Positions 11,046-21,090 of a stretch of 64,000 nt of DNA are shown here, piece after piece (the stretch's first letter is position 1; each line of letters begins with the position of its first letter). The notes under the pieces were generated by a model. That model was given only the letters and a program-made list of their open reading frames with translations, made no database searches and was not told where the DNA came from. The stretch is taken from NCBI GenBank assembly GCA_963727805.1, contig CAVSHF010000005.1:1088001-1152000 (forward strand), given 5' to 3'. The position numbers and the translations under genes are program-made. This stretch comes from an uncultured Nitrospiraceae bacterium (GTDB lineage Bacteria; Nitrospirota; Thermodesulfovibrionia; Thermodesulfovibrionales; Dissulfurispiraceae).

Positions 11046-12506
11046 TTATTGCTCTATCCGGTAGTTAGGAGCTTCCTTCGTGATGATGACATCATGCACG
11101 TGGCTTTCCCTAAGGCCGGCGTTAGTGATCTGGATAAAGCGCGCGTTCTTTCGCATCTCTTCGAGCGTCCTGCAGCCGCAGTAGCCCATTCCTGAACGAA
11201 GACCGCCAACAAGCTGGTGAATGCTGCTGGAGATCGGCCCCTTGTAAGGAACACGACCCTCGACGCCTTCCGGTACAAGCTTATCTTTCTCGACGCCTTC
11301 CTGGCCATAGCGATCTTTGGCCCCCTGCTGCATAGCGCCGATCGATCCCATGCCGCGATAAGTTTTATAGCTCCTTCCCTGATAGAGGATGACCTCGCCG
11401 GGAGATTCATCGGTGCCCGCAAAGAGACTGCCGATCATGACACAGTGCGCTCCCGCGGCGATGGCCTTTGATACATCTCCTGAATACTTGATACCTCCGT
11501 CGGCGATGAGGGGAACATTCGACTTGGAGGAGATGCTATGACAATTCCTGATTGCAGTCAACTGGGGAACGCCCGCGCCAGCAACAATTCTCGTAGTGCA
11601 AATAGATCCCGGACCAATACCGATCTTGACCGCGTCAGCACCGGCCTTGATGAGTTCGTCCGTAGCCTCGGCAGTAGCAATGTTCCCGGCTATGACCTCT
11701 ATATCGAACTTCTTTTTTATTTCCTTAAGGGTGTTTATGACACCTTTTGAATGGCCGTGAGCTGTATCGATAGCGATAATATCGACGCCCGCCTTAACCA
11801 GGAGTTCCGCACGATAAAGCGCATTCTCGCCAACTCCCACAGCAGCGCCTACCCTGAGTCTTCCCATCAAATCCTTGCAGGCATGCGGATACTTTCTTCT
11901 CTTCTCGATATCTTTTATAGTGATAAGGCCCTTCAGGTTGAATTCATCGTCGACTATTGGCAGCTTCTCAATCTTATATCGATTCAGAATGTCCTTGGCC
12001 TCTTCGAGCGTCGTGCCTCCAGCTGCGGTAATCAGCTTTTCGTGTGTCATGACCTCAGAAACCTTTTTCTTTTCGTTCGTCTCGAACCTGAGGTCCCTGT
12101 TTGTCAGAATGCCAACGAGCTTTCCCTTCGTGGTAACGGGAACGCCGGAAATCTTGTAGCGTGACATGAGGACCATAGCGTCAGCGATGGGGGCATCGGG
12201 GGCGATCGTGATGGGGTCGACAATCATTCCACTCTCGGATTTCTTGACCTTGTCCACTTCGAGGGCCTGCTTCTGCGGGGACATGGCCCGGTGCATAATG
12301 CCAAGACCGCCCTCGCGGGCGATAGCGATTGCAAGACTCGCGTCGGTGACCGTATCCATCGCGGCACTGATAATTGGGACGTTCAACCTGATATTCTTCG
12401 TCAGGTTAGTGCTTACGTCGACCTCCCCCGGCAAGACATCGGATTTGGCAGGTAATAACAGAACATCATCGAATGTTAACCCAAGCGGTAAATCATCGGT
12501 AAGCAT
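11046..12506 (-). CDS. guaB: IMP dehydrogenase
   Basis: [11 protein letters not shown] pair, [11 protein letters not shown] and YRGMGS motifs. Confidence 0.99.
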   Translation of the reverse strand: MLTDDLPLGLTFDDVLLLPAKSDVLPGEVDVSTNLTKNIRLNVPIISAAMDTVTDASLAIAIAREGGLGIMHRAMSPQKQALEVDKVKKSESGMIVDPITIAPDAPIADAMVLMSRYKISGVPVTTKGKLVGILTNRDLRFETNEKKKVSEVMTHEKLITAAGGTTLEEAKDILNRYKIEKLPIVDDEFNLKGLITIKDIEKRRKYPHACKDLMGRLRVGAAVGVGENALYRAELLVKAGVDIIAIDTAHGHSKGVINTLKEIKKKFDIEVIAGNIATAEATDELIKAGADAVKIGIGPGSICTTRIVAGAGVPQLTAIRNCHSISSKSNVPLIADGGIKYSGDVSKAIAAGAHCVMIGSLFAGTDESPGEVILYQGRSYKTYRGMGSIGAMQQGAKDRYGQEGVEKDKLVPEGVEGRVPYKGPISSSIHQLVGGLRSGMGYCGCRTLEEMRKNARFIQITNAGLRESHVHDVIITKEAPNYRIEQ

Positions 12507-12580
12507 AGACCCAACCCCTTTAGAATTTTAAACTAAATTATACCATTTCCGGATCGAAAGAATGAATATTTCAGTGATAT

Positions 12581-13015
12581 TCAGACCTTGAGTAGCGCCA
12601 GGCCTGAAAGAGGGTCAAGTTCCCTTACAGCGTTCACCCCTTTGATCTCCATGATGATCGCTTCCAAGACGAGGAATGTCTCCGCATTCTGGCGCATGCA
12701 GCCGGCAAGGACTTTGTCGCGCTTGGCGTAGGCGCCGTGAAAGTGAATCTTCGGCTCTTCTCCCTGCCAGAAGATTGTCCCTATGCCGACGATCTCGTGA
12801 CTCTCATCGAGTTCCCTCCAGACGGGAACCGGTGGCATCGCTTCCGTTTCCGGGCCGACCACGAACCTCCCTTTTTTCATACCTCCAACGAGATAAAGAA
12901 CGCCTGCCCGTATATTTTCTTTTCTGACGACATCATTCAATCCATCGAGGATGTTGTCGCCGTCATCGAAACGCGCAACTAGTACCCTTCCAAGTTCGCC
13001 TGTCTGATATTTCAT
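12581..13015 (-). CDS. DUF296 / PPC domain putative DNA-binding protein
   Basis: GRVLVARFDDG..., HEIVGIG and HFH motif, ending in R..D..SGL.LL. Confidence 0.8.
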   Translation of the reverse strand: MKYQTGELGRVLVARFDDGDNILDGLNDVVRKENIRAGVLYLVGGMKKGRFVVGPETEAMPPVPVWRELDESHEIVGIGTIFWQGEEPKIHFHGAYAKRDKVLAGCMRQNAETFLVLEAIIMEIKGVNAVRELDPLSGLALLKV

Positions 13016-14031
13016 AAGGCCTCCGTTACTGCCTTAAAGACTTGTTCGACTAATATCCCTTTCATGCACTTCAGATCTCTACACTTTCTCTTATAGCATG
13101 GTGCGCATGCGAGATCGGACTTTAGGATTATATTTTTCGTCCCATAAGGTCCAGTCCTTGCCGGATTTGTCGGCCCGAAAATCGCGACAACCGGAATGCC
13201 ACAGGCGGCAGCGATATGCATAGGTCCCGAGTCGTTGGTGACGACACATTTCGCACCTCTGATAAGCCAAATCAAATCCATGATATTGGTTTGTCCTGCC
13301 ATCGATAACGCCTTGCCTTTACTTTGTTCTTGTATCTTTTCCGAGAGCGATCGTTCAGCAGAACCACCCACAATAATACTCTTTGTCTGAAGTAAAGAGG
13401 CTAGGGTTACAAAATTTTCGGCGGGCCACTTCTTCGTCTCCCATCGTGCGCCGGGCACGATAACAATATAGTCTTCCCTATCGCTTCTCAGCAGCCGAAT
13501 CTTTTCGGATTCCTTGATCAATGGCAGAGGAAACTGCACCTTGCCGGTGTCACCTCCAAGTGCCCGGACCACCTTAAGATATCTGTCAACAGCATGAATA
13601 TCTCTGCCACCCTCTATCCTATGAGTGTAAAACAGTGAACTTCCCTCCCGGGCTTCCTTGAACCCGATTCGTATCGGAGCACCCGTTGCTTTGGCTATCA
13701 GGCCGCTTCTCATAAGCCCCTGGAGGTCGATTACGATATCATAATCTTCACCCTTGAGCCCCTTCACAAGCCAGCCCATTTCGGAGAGTGTGCCTTTGAT
13801 CTTTCCTAAGTGCTTCCATCTATCCTTATTTATGATCCAAAGTTTACTGACCATAGGGTTACCTTCAAGAATACCTTCAATGCCTTTTGCGATTACCCAG
13901 TGGATTTTTGCAAAAGGAAAGTGTTCACTCAAAGCGTAAAGAAAAGGAAGGCTATGGACAACATCGCCGAGCGAGCTCGGCTTAATAACGAGGATCTTAC
14001 GAGGGATATTATTTATCTCTACTCTTTCCAT
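13012..14031 (-). CDS. Glycosyltransferase family 9 LPS heptosyltransferase (WaaC/WaaF-like)
   Basis: KPSSLGDVVH, DLQGL, TNDSGPMHIA and FGPT motifs. Confidence 0.9.
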   Translation of the reverse strand: MERVEINNIPRKILVIKPSSLGDVVHSLPFLYALSEHFPFAKIHWVIAKGIEGILEGNPMVSKLWIINKDRWKHLGKIKGTLSEMGWLVKGLKGEDYDIVIDLQGLMRSGLIAKATGAPIRIGFKEAREGSSLFYTHRIEGGRDIHAVDRYLKVVRALGGDTGKVQFPLPLIKESEKIRLLRSDREDYIVIVPGARWETKKWPAENFVTLASLLQTKSIIVGGSAERSLSEKIQEQSKGKALSMAGQTNIMDLIWLIRGAKCVVTNDSGPMHIAAACGIPVVAIFGPTNPARTGPYGTKNIILKSDLACAPCYKRKCRDLKCMKGILVEQVFKAVTEAL

Positions 14032-15551
14032 ATCTGTATATATTTTACCGCAGAATCAAGGTCATCGACAATTGTGTCGGCGTAATCGGATTCATTCTGT
14101 TGCCCTGTCCTTACAAGCACTCCCCGGGCGCCTACCGCCCTGGCAAGAAGCATATCGGCATCCTTATCGCCCACGACAAAAGATCTCTTCAGGTCGATTC
14201 CATATGCGGCCCTCGCCTTATAAAGCATCTCGGGCTGCGGTTTCCGGCAAGGACAATTATCGCTTGGGGCATGGGGGCAATAGTAGAAATCGGTGAAGCC
14301 GTAAGTATCAACGAACAGCTTGTTAACCTCCTTCACAAAACCTTCTTGAATAATTCCCTTGGCGACGCCCGACTGGTTACTAACCCCAATCAGGTCAAAT
14401 CCCCATTCTCTTAGCGACTTCAGCCTCTCAACCCCGGGCAGTATTTTTAAGTCGTCCCACTTGTTCAGATAGTCGGCATCCTTGCAGAGTGTGCCGTCCC
14501 TATCGAAAAAGACAGCCCTCTTTGTTGGCAGCAAGTTCTTAATTTTTTCATAGACATTCTCTGATGTCAGAGCAAACATGCATCGTATATAATCCTTGTC
14601 ACAACTCCTCTGGAAGCAGGGACTGCAGTCCATATCGGCATTGATTACAGCATGGCCCTCTCCGACCGGACCTGTAAGTTTAGCCGATGTGGAGCCGAAG
14701 ATCGCTACGAGGGGAGTTCCAACGGCGTAGGCAATATGCATGGGGCCCGAATCATTGGTGACAAACACGTCACATTCCGAAATCAGTGCGCTAAGCTCTC
14801 GCAAAGAGGTTCTTCCCGCAAGAAGGAGTTTGTTCATCGGAACCTGCTTATAAATCTCTTCCGCTATGGAAGTCTCGTTCGTTCCGCCAAAGATAACGAC
14901 GCTGCCGCTCGTCTCCTTGATGAACCAGCCTGCAACCTCAGCAAATCGCTCCGGAAGCCATCTCTTGGAGGAGCCGTATGTGGCACCCGGGTTGATGCCC
15001 AGTACGGGACGCTTCAATTTAGACAATCGCTCACGGCCTGCAAGCTTCTCTTCAAGCGTCACCCGCAGCCATGGGGGTGAATATTCCGCATTGATTCCGG
15101 CTGCAGTCAAGAGGTTAAGGTAATAGTTAATATGATGGATTTCGCGATCCTGATTTATATAGTGGACAGGCTTTGTCAGAAGGAACTTCCTGCGGTCCCG
15201 ATCATACCCGATCCTCTCCGGGATGCCGGCGAGAAAAGCGATGAGAGCGGCACCGAAGGCATTTTGGAGAAGTATCGCCCGGGCAAACTGCTTCCTTTTT
15301 AACATAGTTGCGAGGCGAAGTTTTCCGATGGTTCCACGATATCGATCCTCGTACAGAATTACTTCATCGATATCCGGACTGTTTTCGAAAAGAGGCGCGA
15401 CTAAGGGTTTGACCAGCAGGCTGATTTGCGCTTTGGGGTTCGACTTCCTGATCGCTTTAAGCGCAGGCAGAGTCATCACTGCGTCGCCGATCCAGTTGAC
15501 TCCCCTGACAAGGATCTTTTCCGTTTTCTTTTCCGTTCCCTTCACCTCCAC
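14019..15551 (-). CDS. waaF: Fusion of heptosyltransferase II (WaaF) and D,D-heptose-1,7-bisphosphate phosphatase (GmhB-like HAD)
   Basis: N-terminal NWIGDAVM, NPGATYGSSKRW and NDSGPMH; C-terminal FFDRDGT, SNQSG, CPH..CPCRKP and GDK..D. Confidence 0.9.
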   Translation of the reverse strand: MEVKGTEKKTEKILVRGVNWIGDAVMTLPALKAIRKSNPKAQISLLVKPLVAPLFENSPDIDEVILYEDRYRGTIGKLRLATMLKRKQFARAILLQNAFGAALIAFLAGIPERIGYDRDRRKFLLTKPVHYINQDREIHHINYYLNLLTAAGINAEYSPPWLRVTLEEKLAGRERLSKLKRPVLGINPGATYGSSKRWLPERFAEVAGWFIKETSGSVVIFGGTNETSIAEEIYKQVPMNKLLLAGRTSLRELSALISECDVFVTNDSGPMHIAYAVGTPLVAIFGSTSAKLTGPVGEGHAVINADMDCSPCFQRSCDKDYIRCMFALTSENVYEKIKNLLPTKRAVFFDRDGTLCKDADYLNKWDDLKILPGVERLKSLREWGFDLIGVSNQSGVAKGIIQEGFVKEVNKLFVDTYGFTDFYYCPHAPSDNCPCRKPQPEMLYKARAAYGIDLKRSFVVGDKDADMLLARAVGARGVLVRTGQQNESDYADTIVDDLDSAVKYIQIWKE

Positions 15552-15591
15552 CCTGATATTTTACCATTTCGACTGTGAGGCTTTCCTTTCA

Positions 15592-15996
15592 CTATGACAT
15601 GCAAGCTGCGTTTAGTATCCCGGCGGCCAGGGAAAGGGTGCCGAGGAATAACCCCTGTGAGACGATCCCTTCCCTTATCTCATCGACTAATTTCTTAAAC
15701 AGTGACTTTACGAGAAGAAAGACAAGTATCTGTACAATGAGGGCTACTATTCCCCAGAGAATCATGTCGAAAAAATTCACACTGTGGATGATTGCGCTCG
15801 CAAGAGGGATGATGAAGCCAAACAGGGCGCCGCTTAAACTGTATACCGCAGCGGCATTCCCATGGTCTATGAGGTCGAATTCCTTATACGGGGTTACCCT
15901 CACATAGATGACCAGGAAAAAGGCGGTCAATACTATGGCAGAAACAAAATAGACAAGAAATTTAACGATACCGGGAATCTGCGCAGTAATTTCCAT
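15592..15996 (-). CDS. DUF350 (YjfL-like) membrane protein
   Basis: TPYKEFDLI..GNAAA motif, 4 hydrophobic segments, ending GILNAACMS. Confidence 0.88.
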   Translation of the reverse strand: MEITAQIPGIVKFLVYFVSAIVLTAFFLVIYVRVTPYKEFDLIDHGNAAAVYSLSGALFGFIIPLASAIIHSVNFFDMILWGIVALIVQILVFLLVKSLFKKLVDEIREGIVSQGLFLGTLSLAAGILNAACMS

Positions 15997-16021
15997 CGTT
16001 CCTCCTTTTACGCTTCCTTAT

Positions 16022-17152
16022 TCAGATGAAATAATGCGGCACAAAATTGCTCGTATTTATTGTCACCGGATTCATGTCCTCCCGTATGCCGATGCCCGAA
16101 GCCAGTCCATTGATAATCCATGAGCCTACAACAGCATAACGTCCTTTAAACTCAGGTAATTCCTGCACTGCCTGATAGACATATCCTTCACTTCCGTAGG
16201 TACCATCGGTAACGACCTGTGCGCCTTCCCTTCTCAGTTCGATATTAGCTCCCTCGCGTGACAAAAGTGGTTTTTTAATGAAGTTATTTCCGAGTGGGGA
16301 CTGATCAAAGTAACAGGGGAGCAAATTTTTATGCCCAGAGTACATCTTCCAGAGAATCGGCAGTATTCCTTTATTCGAAAGGACCATCTTCCATGCCGGT
16401 TCAAATAAGGTAACACAATCCGGCCTAATATATTTCCCAAAATCGTCCTTGAGGAGCCATTCCCACGGGTAGAGCTTGAACATAAAATCGATCGCCGCTT
16501 CTTCCAAATCGACAAACTTCCCCCTATCAGCATTGAAGCCAATGTCCTCGACATAAATATGTTGAGTATCAATCCCTGCCTGGCCTGCCACATCGCGCAT
16601 GTATTCGACGGTAACCAAGTCTTCCTCATGATCTTTCACGTTACTGAAATAGAGCCTCGAACCGATAAACATCTTCCTTTTCACGGAATAGAAGGCATCG
16701 AGAAGCTTCTCATGGATGGAGTTGAACTGGTCATAGTGAGGGAACATCTCTTCGAGCCAGACCCATTGGGCGATGCTCGCTTCATAGAGGGAGGTCGGCG
16801 TATCGGCGTTATATTCTAAGAGTTTTGGCTCTCCCTTACCGTCGTATGAGAAGTCGAACCTCCCATAGATACTAAAGTCCTCACGTCGCCAAGACTCCTT
16901 AACAAGATCTGCCGCCTGTTCATTGATGCCGATGGTTCGAAAAATATTTTTGGAGATAACATATTCGACGGCCTTGAGGCACATAGCGTGGAGTTCCTGT
17001 GTAACCTCTTCGAGATGGTCTATCTGTTCGGCTGAAAACTCGTAACAGACACCTTCACTCCAGTATTCTCCTTCCATAGAGTGAAATGAGAATCCGAGTT
17101 TCTCAAACTTGTTCCGCCAATCGGGGCGCTGCGGCACCTCCAGACGCTTCAT
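16022..17152 (-). CDS. Glutathionylspermidine synthase family ATP-grasp protein (YgiC/YjfC-like)
   Basis: YGRFDF, LLEYNADTPT, FKLYPWE, SNKG and KPLLSREG motifs. Confidence 0.93.
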   Translation of the reverse strand: MKRLEVPQRPDWRNKFEKLGFSFHSMEGEYWSEGVCYEFSAEQIDHLEEVTQELHAMCLKAVEYVISKNIFRTIGINEQAADLVKESWRREDFSIYGRFDFSYDGKGEPKLLEYNADTPTSLYEASIAQWVWLEEMFPHYDQFNSIHEKLLDAFYSVKRKMFIGSRLYFSNVKDHEEDLVTVEYMRDVAGQAGIDTQHIYVEDIGFNADRGKFVDLEEAAIDFMFKLYPWEWLLKDDFGKYIRPDCVTLFEPAWKMVLSNKGILPILWKMYSGHKNLLPCYFDQSPLGNNFIKKPLLSREGANIELRREGAQVVTDGTYGSEGYVYQAVQELPEFKGRYAVVGSWIINGLASGIGIREDMNPVTINTSNFVPHYFI

Positions 17153-17529
17153 TACGAGCCACCGCCGTGTAAGAAGGATGCGGCACCGAATCCCCCCCTG
17201 ACTGTTCTCGACGACGTGATCGAGGAGACCGCGTTAGTAGAATGCAGACCCGGCCTCATGTTATATGCTCCTTGCGTGGGCCTTGTCTCGACCGGCGTCT
17301 CGTAGCCCCTTGGGAAATACCACGGCCTGCCACCGTAATAATAGTAGTGCGGTCCGTAATAACCGGCGCCTGACGTGTCAGGCTCACATTCACTGCTACC
17401 CCAGTCATTTGCGCACGCATCCTTTGAGGCATAAATATCCCTCTGGGTCTTCTGATCTGTTCCGCAGCCCGATGCTGCGATGCAAGCTGATGCAATAAGC
17501 GTGAGGGCAATCCTCCGTGATTTCTTCAT
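17152..17529 (-). CDS. YgiB/DUF1190-like lipoprotein
   Basis: Signal peptide with ASGC lipobox, YASKDAC, and C-terminal RGGFG; coupled to the GSP-like gene. Confidence 0.75.
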   Translation of the reverse strand: MKKSRRIALTLIASACIAASGCGTDQKTQRDIYASKDACANDWGSSECEPDTSGAGYYGPHYYYYGGRPWYFPRGYETPVETRPTQGAYNMRPGLHSTNAVSSITSSRTVRGGFGAASFLHGGGS

Positions 17530-17739
17530 TCTTACCTTCCAACGCTATTTGGCTGCGTGAATCGAGGAGAAATAGTTCTCTTCGCTAATCATACCTTATC
17601 GCTAGATGCTTCTCAAGAGTATTCTCATCACTAAACGTCTAACAAGAAGATCCAAGAAATTATTACTCAGCTTTTGGATTAATAGCTCCTTTTTGATATA
17701 CCTCTATCAGGATTCGGTCAAGCGGATTTGCCAGGCTGC

Positions 17740-17795
17740 TTGACAAAGTGAGTATTAAAATATAATAATTTCTTGTTAATAATTGTTCTAGTTAT
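17740..17795 (+). promoter_or_regulatory. Putative sigma70 promoter with AT-rich Per/Fur-like boxes upstream of perR
   Basis: TTGACA at 17740-17745 and TATAAT at 17761-17766 (short 15 nt spacer), followed by the imperfect AT-rich dyad TTAATAATTGTTCTAG. Confidence 0.45.
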
Positions 17796-17814
17796 AAGAG
17801 GAGGGCCATCTGCT

Positions 17815-18333
17815 ATGCAAAAATACAAAGATTTGGGCTTGAAATTGACACCCCAGCGGCTGTCGATACTTGCTTTTCTTGAAGGAAATAAAGATCACCC
17901 TACAGCTGAAGAAATATATAGACATATTTCGAGAAATTTTTCAACTATGTCTTTTGCAACCGTGTATAAAACCCTTGAAACTCTCAAACAGCACGGACGG
18001 TTAACAGAGATTACGATCGATCCAGAGAAAAGGCATTTCGATCCTAACACTGAGCGGCACCACCATATTATCTGTTCGAAATGCAAAAGGATCGCTGACA
18101 TATTTGTTAAATTCGATCTCACACTCCCTGAAAATGATGTGCAGGGCTTTGAAGTTACAGGCAGTCATGTTGAGTTTTACGGGCTCTGTCCCAAATGTAA
18201 AGAAGAAAGTATGAAGGAGGTCAACGATATTGCGGTCTTTAAATGTTCAATATGCGGGACCTCCAAAGAAGGAAAGGTCAAGCCCCGGAAATGCCCAAAA
18301 TGTAGCGAGAAAGGCGCAATGCAGAAATGCTGA
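17815..18333 (+). CDS. perR: Fur-family peroxide regulator (PerR-like) with a C-terminal rubredoxin-like CxxC..CxxC tail
   Basis: LTPQR, HPTAEE, ATVYKTL, HHHIICSKC and CPKC motifs; start placed at ATG 17815 after GAGGAGG; heads ahpC/fprA/rbr. Confidence 0.85.
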   Translation: MQKYKDLGLKLTPQRLSILAFLEGNKDHPTAEEIYRHISRNFSTMSFATVYKTLETLKQHGRLTEITIDPEKRHFDPNTERHHHIICSKCKRIADIFVKFDLTLPENDVQGFEVTGSHVEFYGLCPKCKEESMKEVNDIAVFKCSICGTSKEGKVKPRKCPKCSEKGAMQKC

Positions 18334-18404
18334 GTCAATAGACGTTACCGGCGAAAGAAATAGTATAGACTGTTTCATTCGAATCAAAAAATAAGGAGGT
18401 TGTT

Positions 18405-19019
18405 ATGGAAGATGTTTGTTGCGGGTGTTTAGGAGTGGGCCAGTCAGTACCCGATTTTGAGATCGAGACTTTTGAGCCCGAGACAGGGAAATTTGGAAAA
18501 TTCAGCCTAGCTAAGACCATGAAAGCGAAGAAATGGACTATTCTTTTCTTTTATCCGGCGGACTTTACATTTATATGCCCGACGGAACTTGCCGACTTGG
18601 CCGACAAACAGCAGACGCTCAAGAAGCTCGGCTGCGAGATCGTTTCGGTAAGCACGGACACAAAGTTTGTTCACTACGGCTGGTTTAATCAGGAGAAACT
18701 GCTTGAAAAAGTGAAATATCATATGGGTGCTGACCAGAAAGGAGATATCGCAACCCTTTTTGGCGTCTATGACGAAGAAAGCGGTCTTGCCCTCAGAGGA
18801 ACATTTATCATCGATCCTGACGGTAAACTCGTTGCTTCTGAGGTAAATTACTTCAATGTCGGAAGGAATTCCGACGAGCTTCTGCGCAAGGTTAAGGCCT
18901 TCCAGTATGTGCGGCAAAACCCGGCAGAGGTATGTCCCGCAAAATGGGAACTGGGCGCCAAAACCCTCAAGCCTTCAGAAAAGATCGTGGGGAAGATTTC
19001 GGAGGCGCTTCAAAAATAA
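18405..19019 (+). CDS. ahpC: 2-Cys peroxiredoxin (AhpC)
   Basis: FYPADFTFICPTE and EVCPAKW motifs; SD AAGGAGG. Confidence 0.95.
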   Translation: MEDVCCGCLGVGQSVPDFEIETFEPETGKFGKFSLAKTMKAKKWTILFFYPADFTFICPTELADLADKQQTLKKLGCEIVSVSTDTKFVHYGWFNQEKLLEKVKYHMGADQKGDIATLFGVYDEESGLALRGTFIIDPDGKLVASEVNYFNVGRNSDELLRKVKAFQYVRQNPAEVCPAKWELGAKTLKPSEKIVGKISEALQK

Positions 19020-19061
19020 TTGAGTGCCGCACTAAGGAAACTGTAGAAAGGAGAATCAGCG

Positions 19062-19196
19062 ATGACAAACATTGGGCAAAAGTACAAATGCAGCGTCTGT
19101 ACTAATGAGGTGGTCGTGACTAAAGACGGTGTCGGGGTACTCTCATGCTGCGGCCGGCCGATGGACAAAATCGGCGAAGGATTTGAGTGTAAGTAG
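19062..19196 (+). CDS. Desulforedoxin-like Fe(Cys)4 small protein (44 aa, not in ORF track)
   Basis: Manual translation MTNIGQKYKCSVCTNEVVVTKDGVGVLSCCGRPMDKIGEGFECK; CxxC..CC motif; SD AAGGAG. Confidence 0.88.
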   Translation: MTNIGQKYKCSVCTNEVVVTKDGVGVLSCCGRPMDKIGEGFECK

Positions 19197-19317
19197 TCTT
19201 TTGTATAAACTACCAGTATGAAGAAAGTATCCGGGCCGGCAGATCATTGCCGGCTCTGATTTTTCTCTGCAACCATAATGCACAGGACAGGATTTATTAC
19301 ATATTGATGGAGGCATA

Positions 19318-20535
19318 ATGAAACCGGTAGAACTTAAAAATGGCATATTTTGGGTAGGGGCCGTCGACTGGGCTGTTCGGGATTTTCACGGTTACGAAAC
19401 CCCGCGAGGCACTACATACAACAATTATCTCATCCTCGATAATGAAATCACTCTCGTTGACACGGTAAAATACGACTTTGCCGATATATCCATCCAGAAT
19501 ATCAGGGCTATCATCGATCCTTCTAAGATCAAAAATATCGTCATCAACCATATCGAAAACGACCATGTGACAAGCCTTGACAAGATCATGGCCCTCTGCC
19601 CTGACGCTACAATCTATATTTCCGAGAAAGGGAAGAAAGGACTTGCAAGGTTCTACGACATCTCCCCATGGAAGATGAGAGTCGTGAAGTCCGGCGACAC
19701 GCTCTCGATCGGTAAAAGGACCCTCCTCTTCCTTGAGACGCCCATGCTCCATTGGCCCGATTCGATGATGACGTATGTGAAAGAGGAAAAGCTCCTCATC
19801 AGCCAGGACGGCTTTGGCCAGCACATCGCATCAGCGGCAAGATTCGACGATGAATACACTACCTGCCAGTCGATGTCGGAACTCGAAGATGCAATTACTG
19901 ACTATTACGCCAACATTCTTATGCCCTTCGGTCATATCATCAAAAGCAAGATCGCCGACATCCAGAAACTCGGGATCGAGATCGACATGATCGCCCCTGA
20001 TCACGGGATAATCTTCAGGGCAGATCCGGGCATGGTAATTCAGAGATATCTCGATATGGCCAATGGCAAGTCCGATCTCAGCGTCTCGATTATCTACGAC
20101 ACCATGTGGCACAGCACGGAACTGATGACCGTGCCGCTAGTGCATGGAATTACGGACGAGGGCGTCGACTGCAAAGTCATCAAGCTGAGGGCAACTCCAC
20201 AGAGTGTCGCTGTGAAAGAGTTCTGGAAGTCACGGGGTGTCCTGCTGGGCACGCCCACTCTGAACAATATCATGTACCCAAGCGTTGCCACTTTCCTTAC
20301 CTATCTGCGGGGTTTGAGACCAAAAAACAGGATTGCCGGAGCATTCGGTAGCTTTGGATGGGGTGGCGGAGCCGTGAAGGAAGCTTATGAAATCTTTAAA
20401 AAAATAGGTCTTGAAACCTGCGAGCCGGGGCTTGAAGTGCTTTATCGGCCTTCAGCAGAAGACGATATGAAGTGTTACGACTATGGAGTAGCCTTTGCTA
20501 AAAAGGTGAAGGAATATCACAAGAAATTTGAATAA
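19318..20535 (+). CDS. fprA: Flavodiiron protein (FprA / O2- or NO-reductase)
   Basis: GTTYNNY, HIENDH, LHWPDSM, QDGFGQH and APDHG motifs; flavodoxin domain with FGSFGWGG. Confidence 0.95.
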   Translation: MKPVELKNGIFWVGAVDWAVRDFHGYETPRGTTYNNYLILDNEITLVDTVKYDFADISIQNIRAIIDPSKIKNIVINHIENDHVTSLDKIMALCPDATIYISEKGKKGLARFYDISPWKMRVVKSGDTLSIGKRTLLFLETPMLHWPDSMMTYVKEEKLLISQDGFGQHIASAARFDDEYTTCQSMSELEDAITDYYANILMPFGHIIKSKIADIQKLGIEIDMIAPDHGIIFRADPGMVIQRYLDMANGKSDLSVSIIYDTMWHSTELMTVPLVHGITDEGVDCKVIKLRATPQSVAVKEFWKSRGVLLGTPTLNNIMYPSVATFLTYLRGLRPKNRIAGAFGSFGWGGGAVKEAYEIFKKIGLETCEPGLEVLYRPSAEDDMKCYDYGVAFAKKVKEYHKKFE

Positions 20536-20550
20536 CAGAGGAGGAATCAA

Positions 20551-21045
20551 ATGTCCAAGACATCAACAAATCTTCAGGACGCCTTTGCCGGAGAATCACA
20601 GGCAAACAGAAAATATCTCGCCTACGCGAAAAAAGCGGAGCAGGAGGGATTCAAACAGGTAGCTAAGCTCTTCAGAGCCGTTGCCGAGGCGGAGACTGTC
20701 CACGCTCATAGTCATTTCAGGCAGATGGGCGGTATCAAGACAACTAAGGAGAATCTCGAAGCAGCTCTCCATGGAGAGGTCTTCGAATTTGAGGACATGT
20801 ATCCCCGGATGATCGCCGAGGCTCAGGCCGAAGGTATCAAGGACGCGGTGAAAACCTTCACTTACGCCAACGAGGTCGAGAAGGTCCATGCCGAATTATA
20901 CAAAAAAGCACTCGCGGACCTCGGCAAGAGCGTAGATGCCGACTACTACGTCTGTTCAGTCTGCGGTCATACTGTCGAAGGCGATCCGCCGGACGAATGC
21001 CCGGTCTGCAAGTCGAAGAAGCAGGCGTATAAGAAAGTCGAATAG
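20551..21045 (+). CDS. rbr: Rubrerythrin
   Basis: AFAGESQANRKY, EAETVHA and EKVH motifs; C-terminal CSVCG..CPVC. Confidence 0.95.
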   Translation: MSKTSTNLQDAFAGESQANRKYLAYAKKAEQEGFKQVAKLFRAVAEAETVHAHSHFRQMGGIKTTKENLEAALHGEVFEFEDMYPRMIAEAQAEGIKDAVKTFTYANEVEKVHAELYKKALADLGKSVDADYYVCSVCGHTVEGDPPDECPVCKSKKQAYKKVE

Positions 21046-21090
21046 GTTAGTAGATATCATAAGAGACTTAGCCTAACAGGAGGGGTTACG

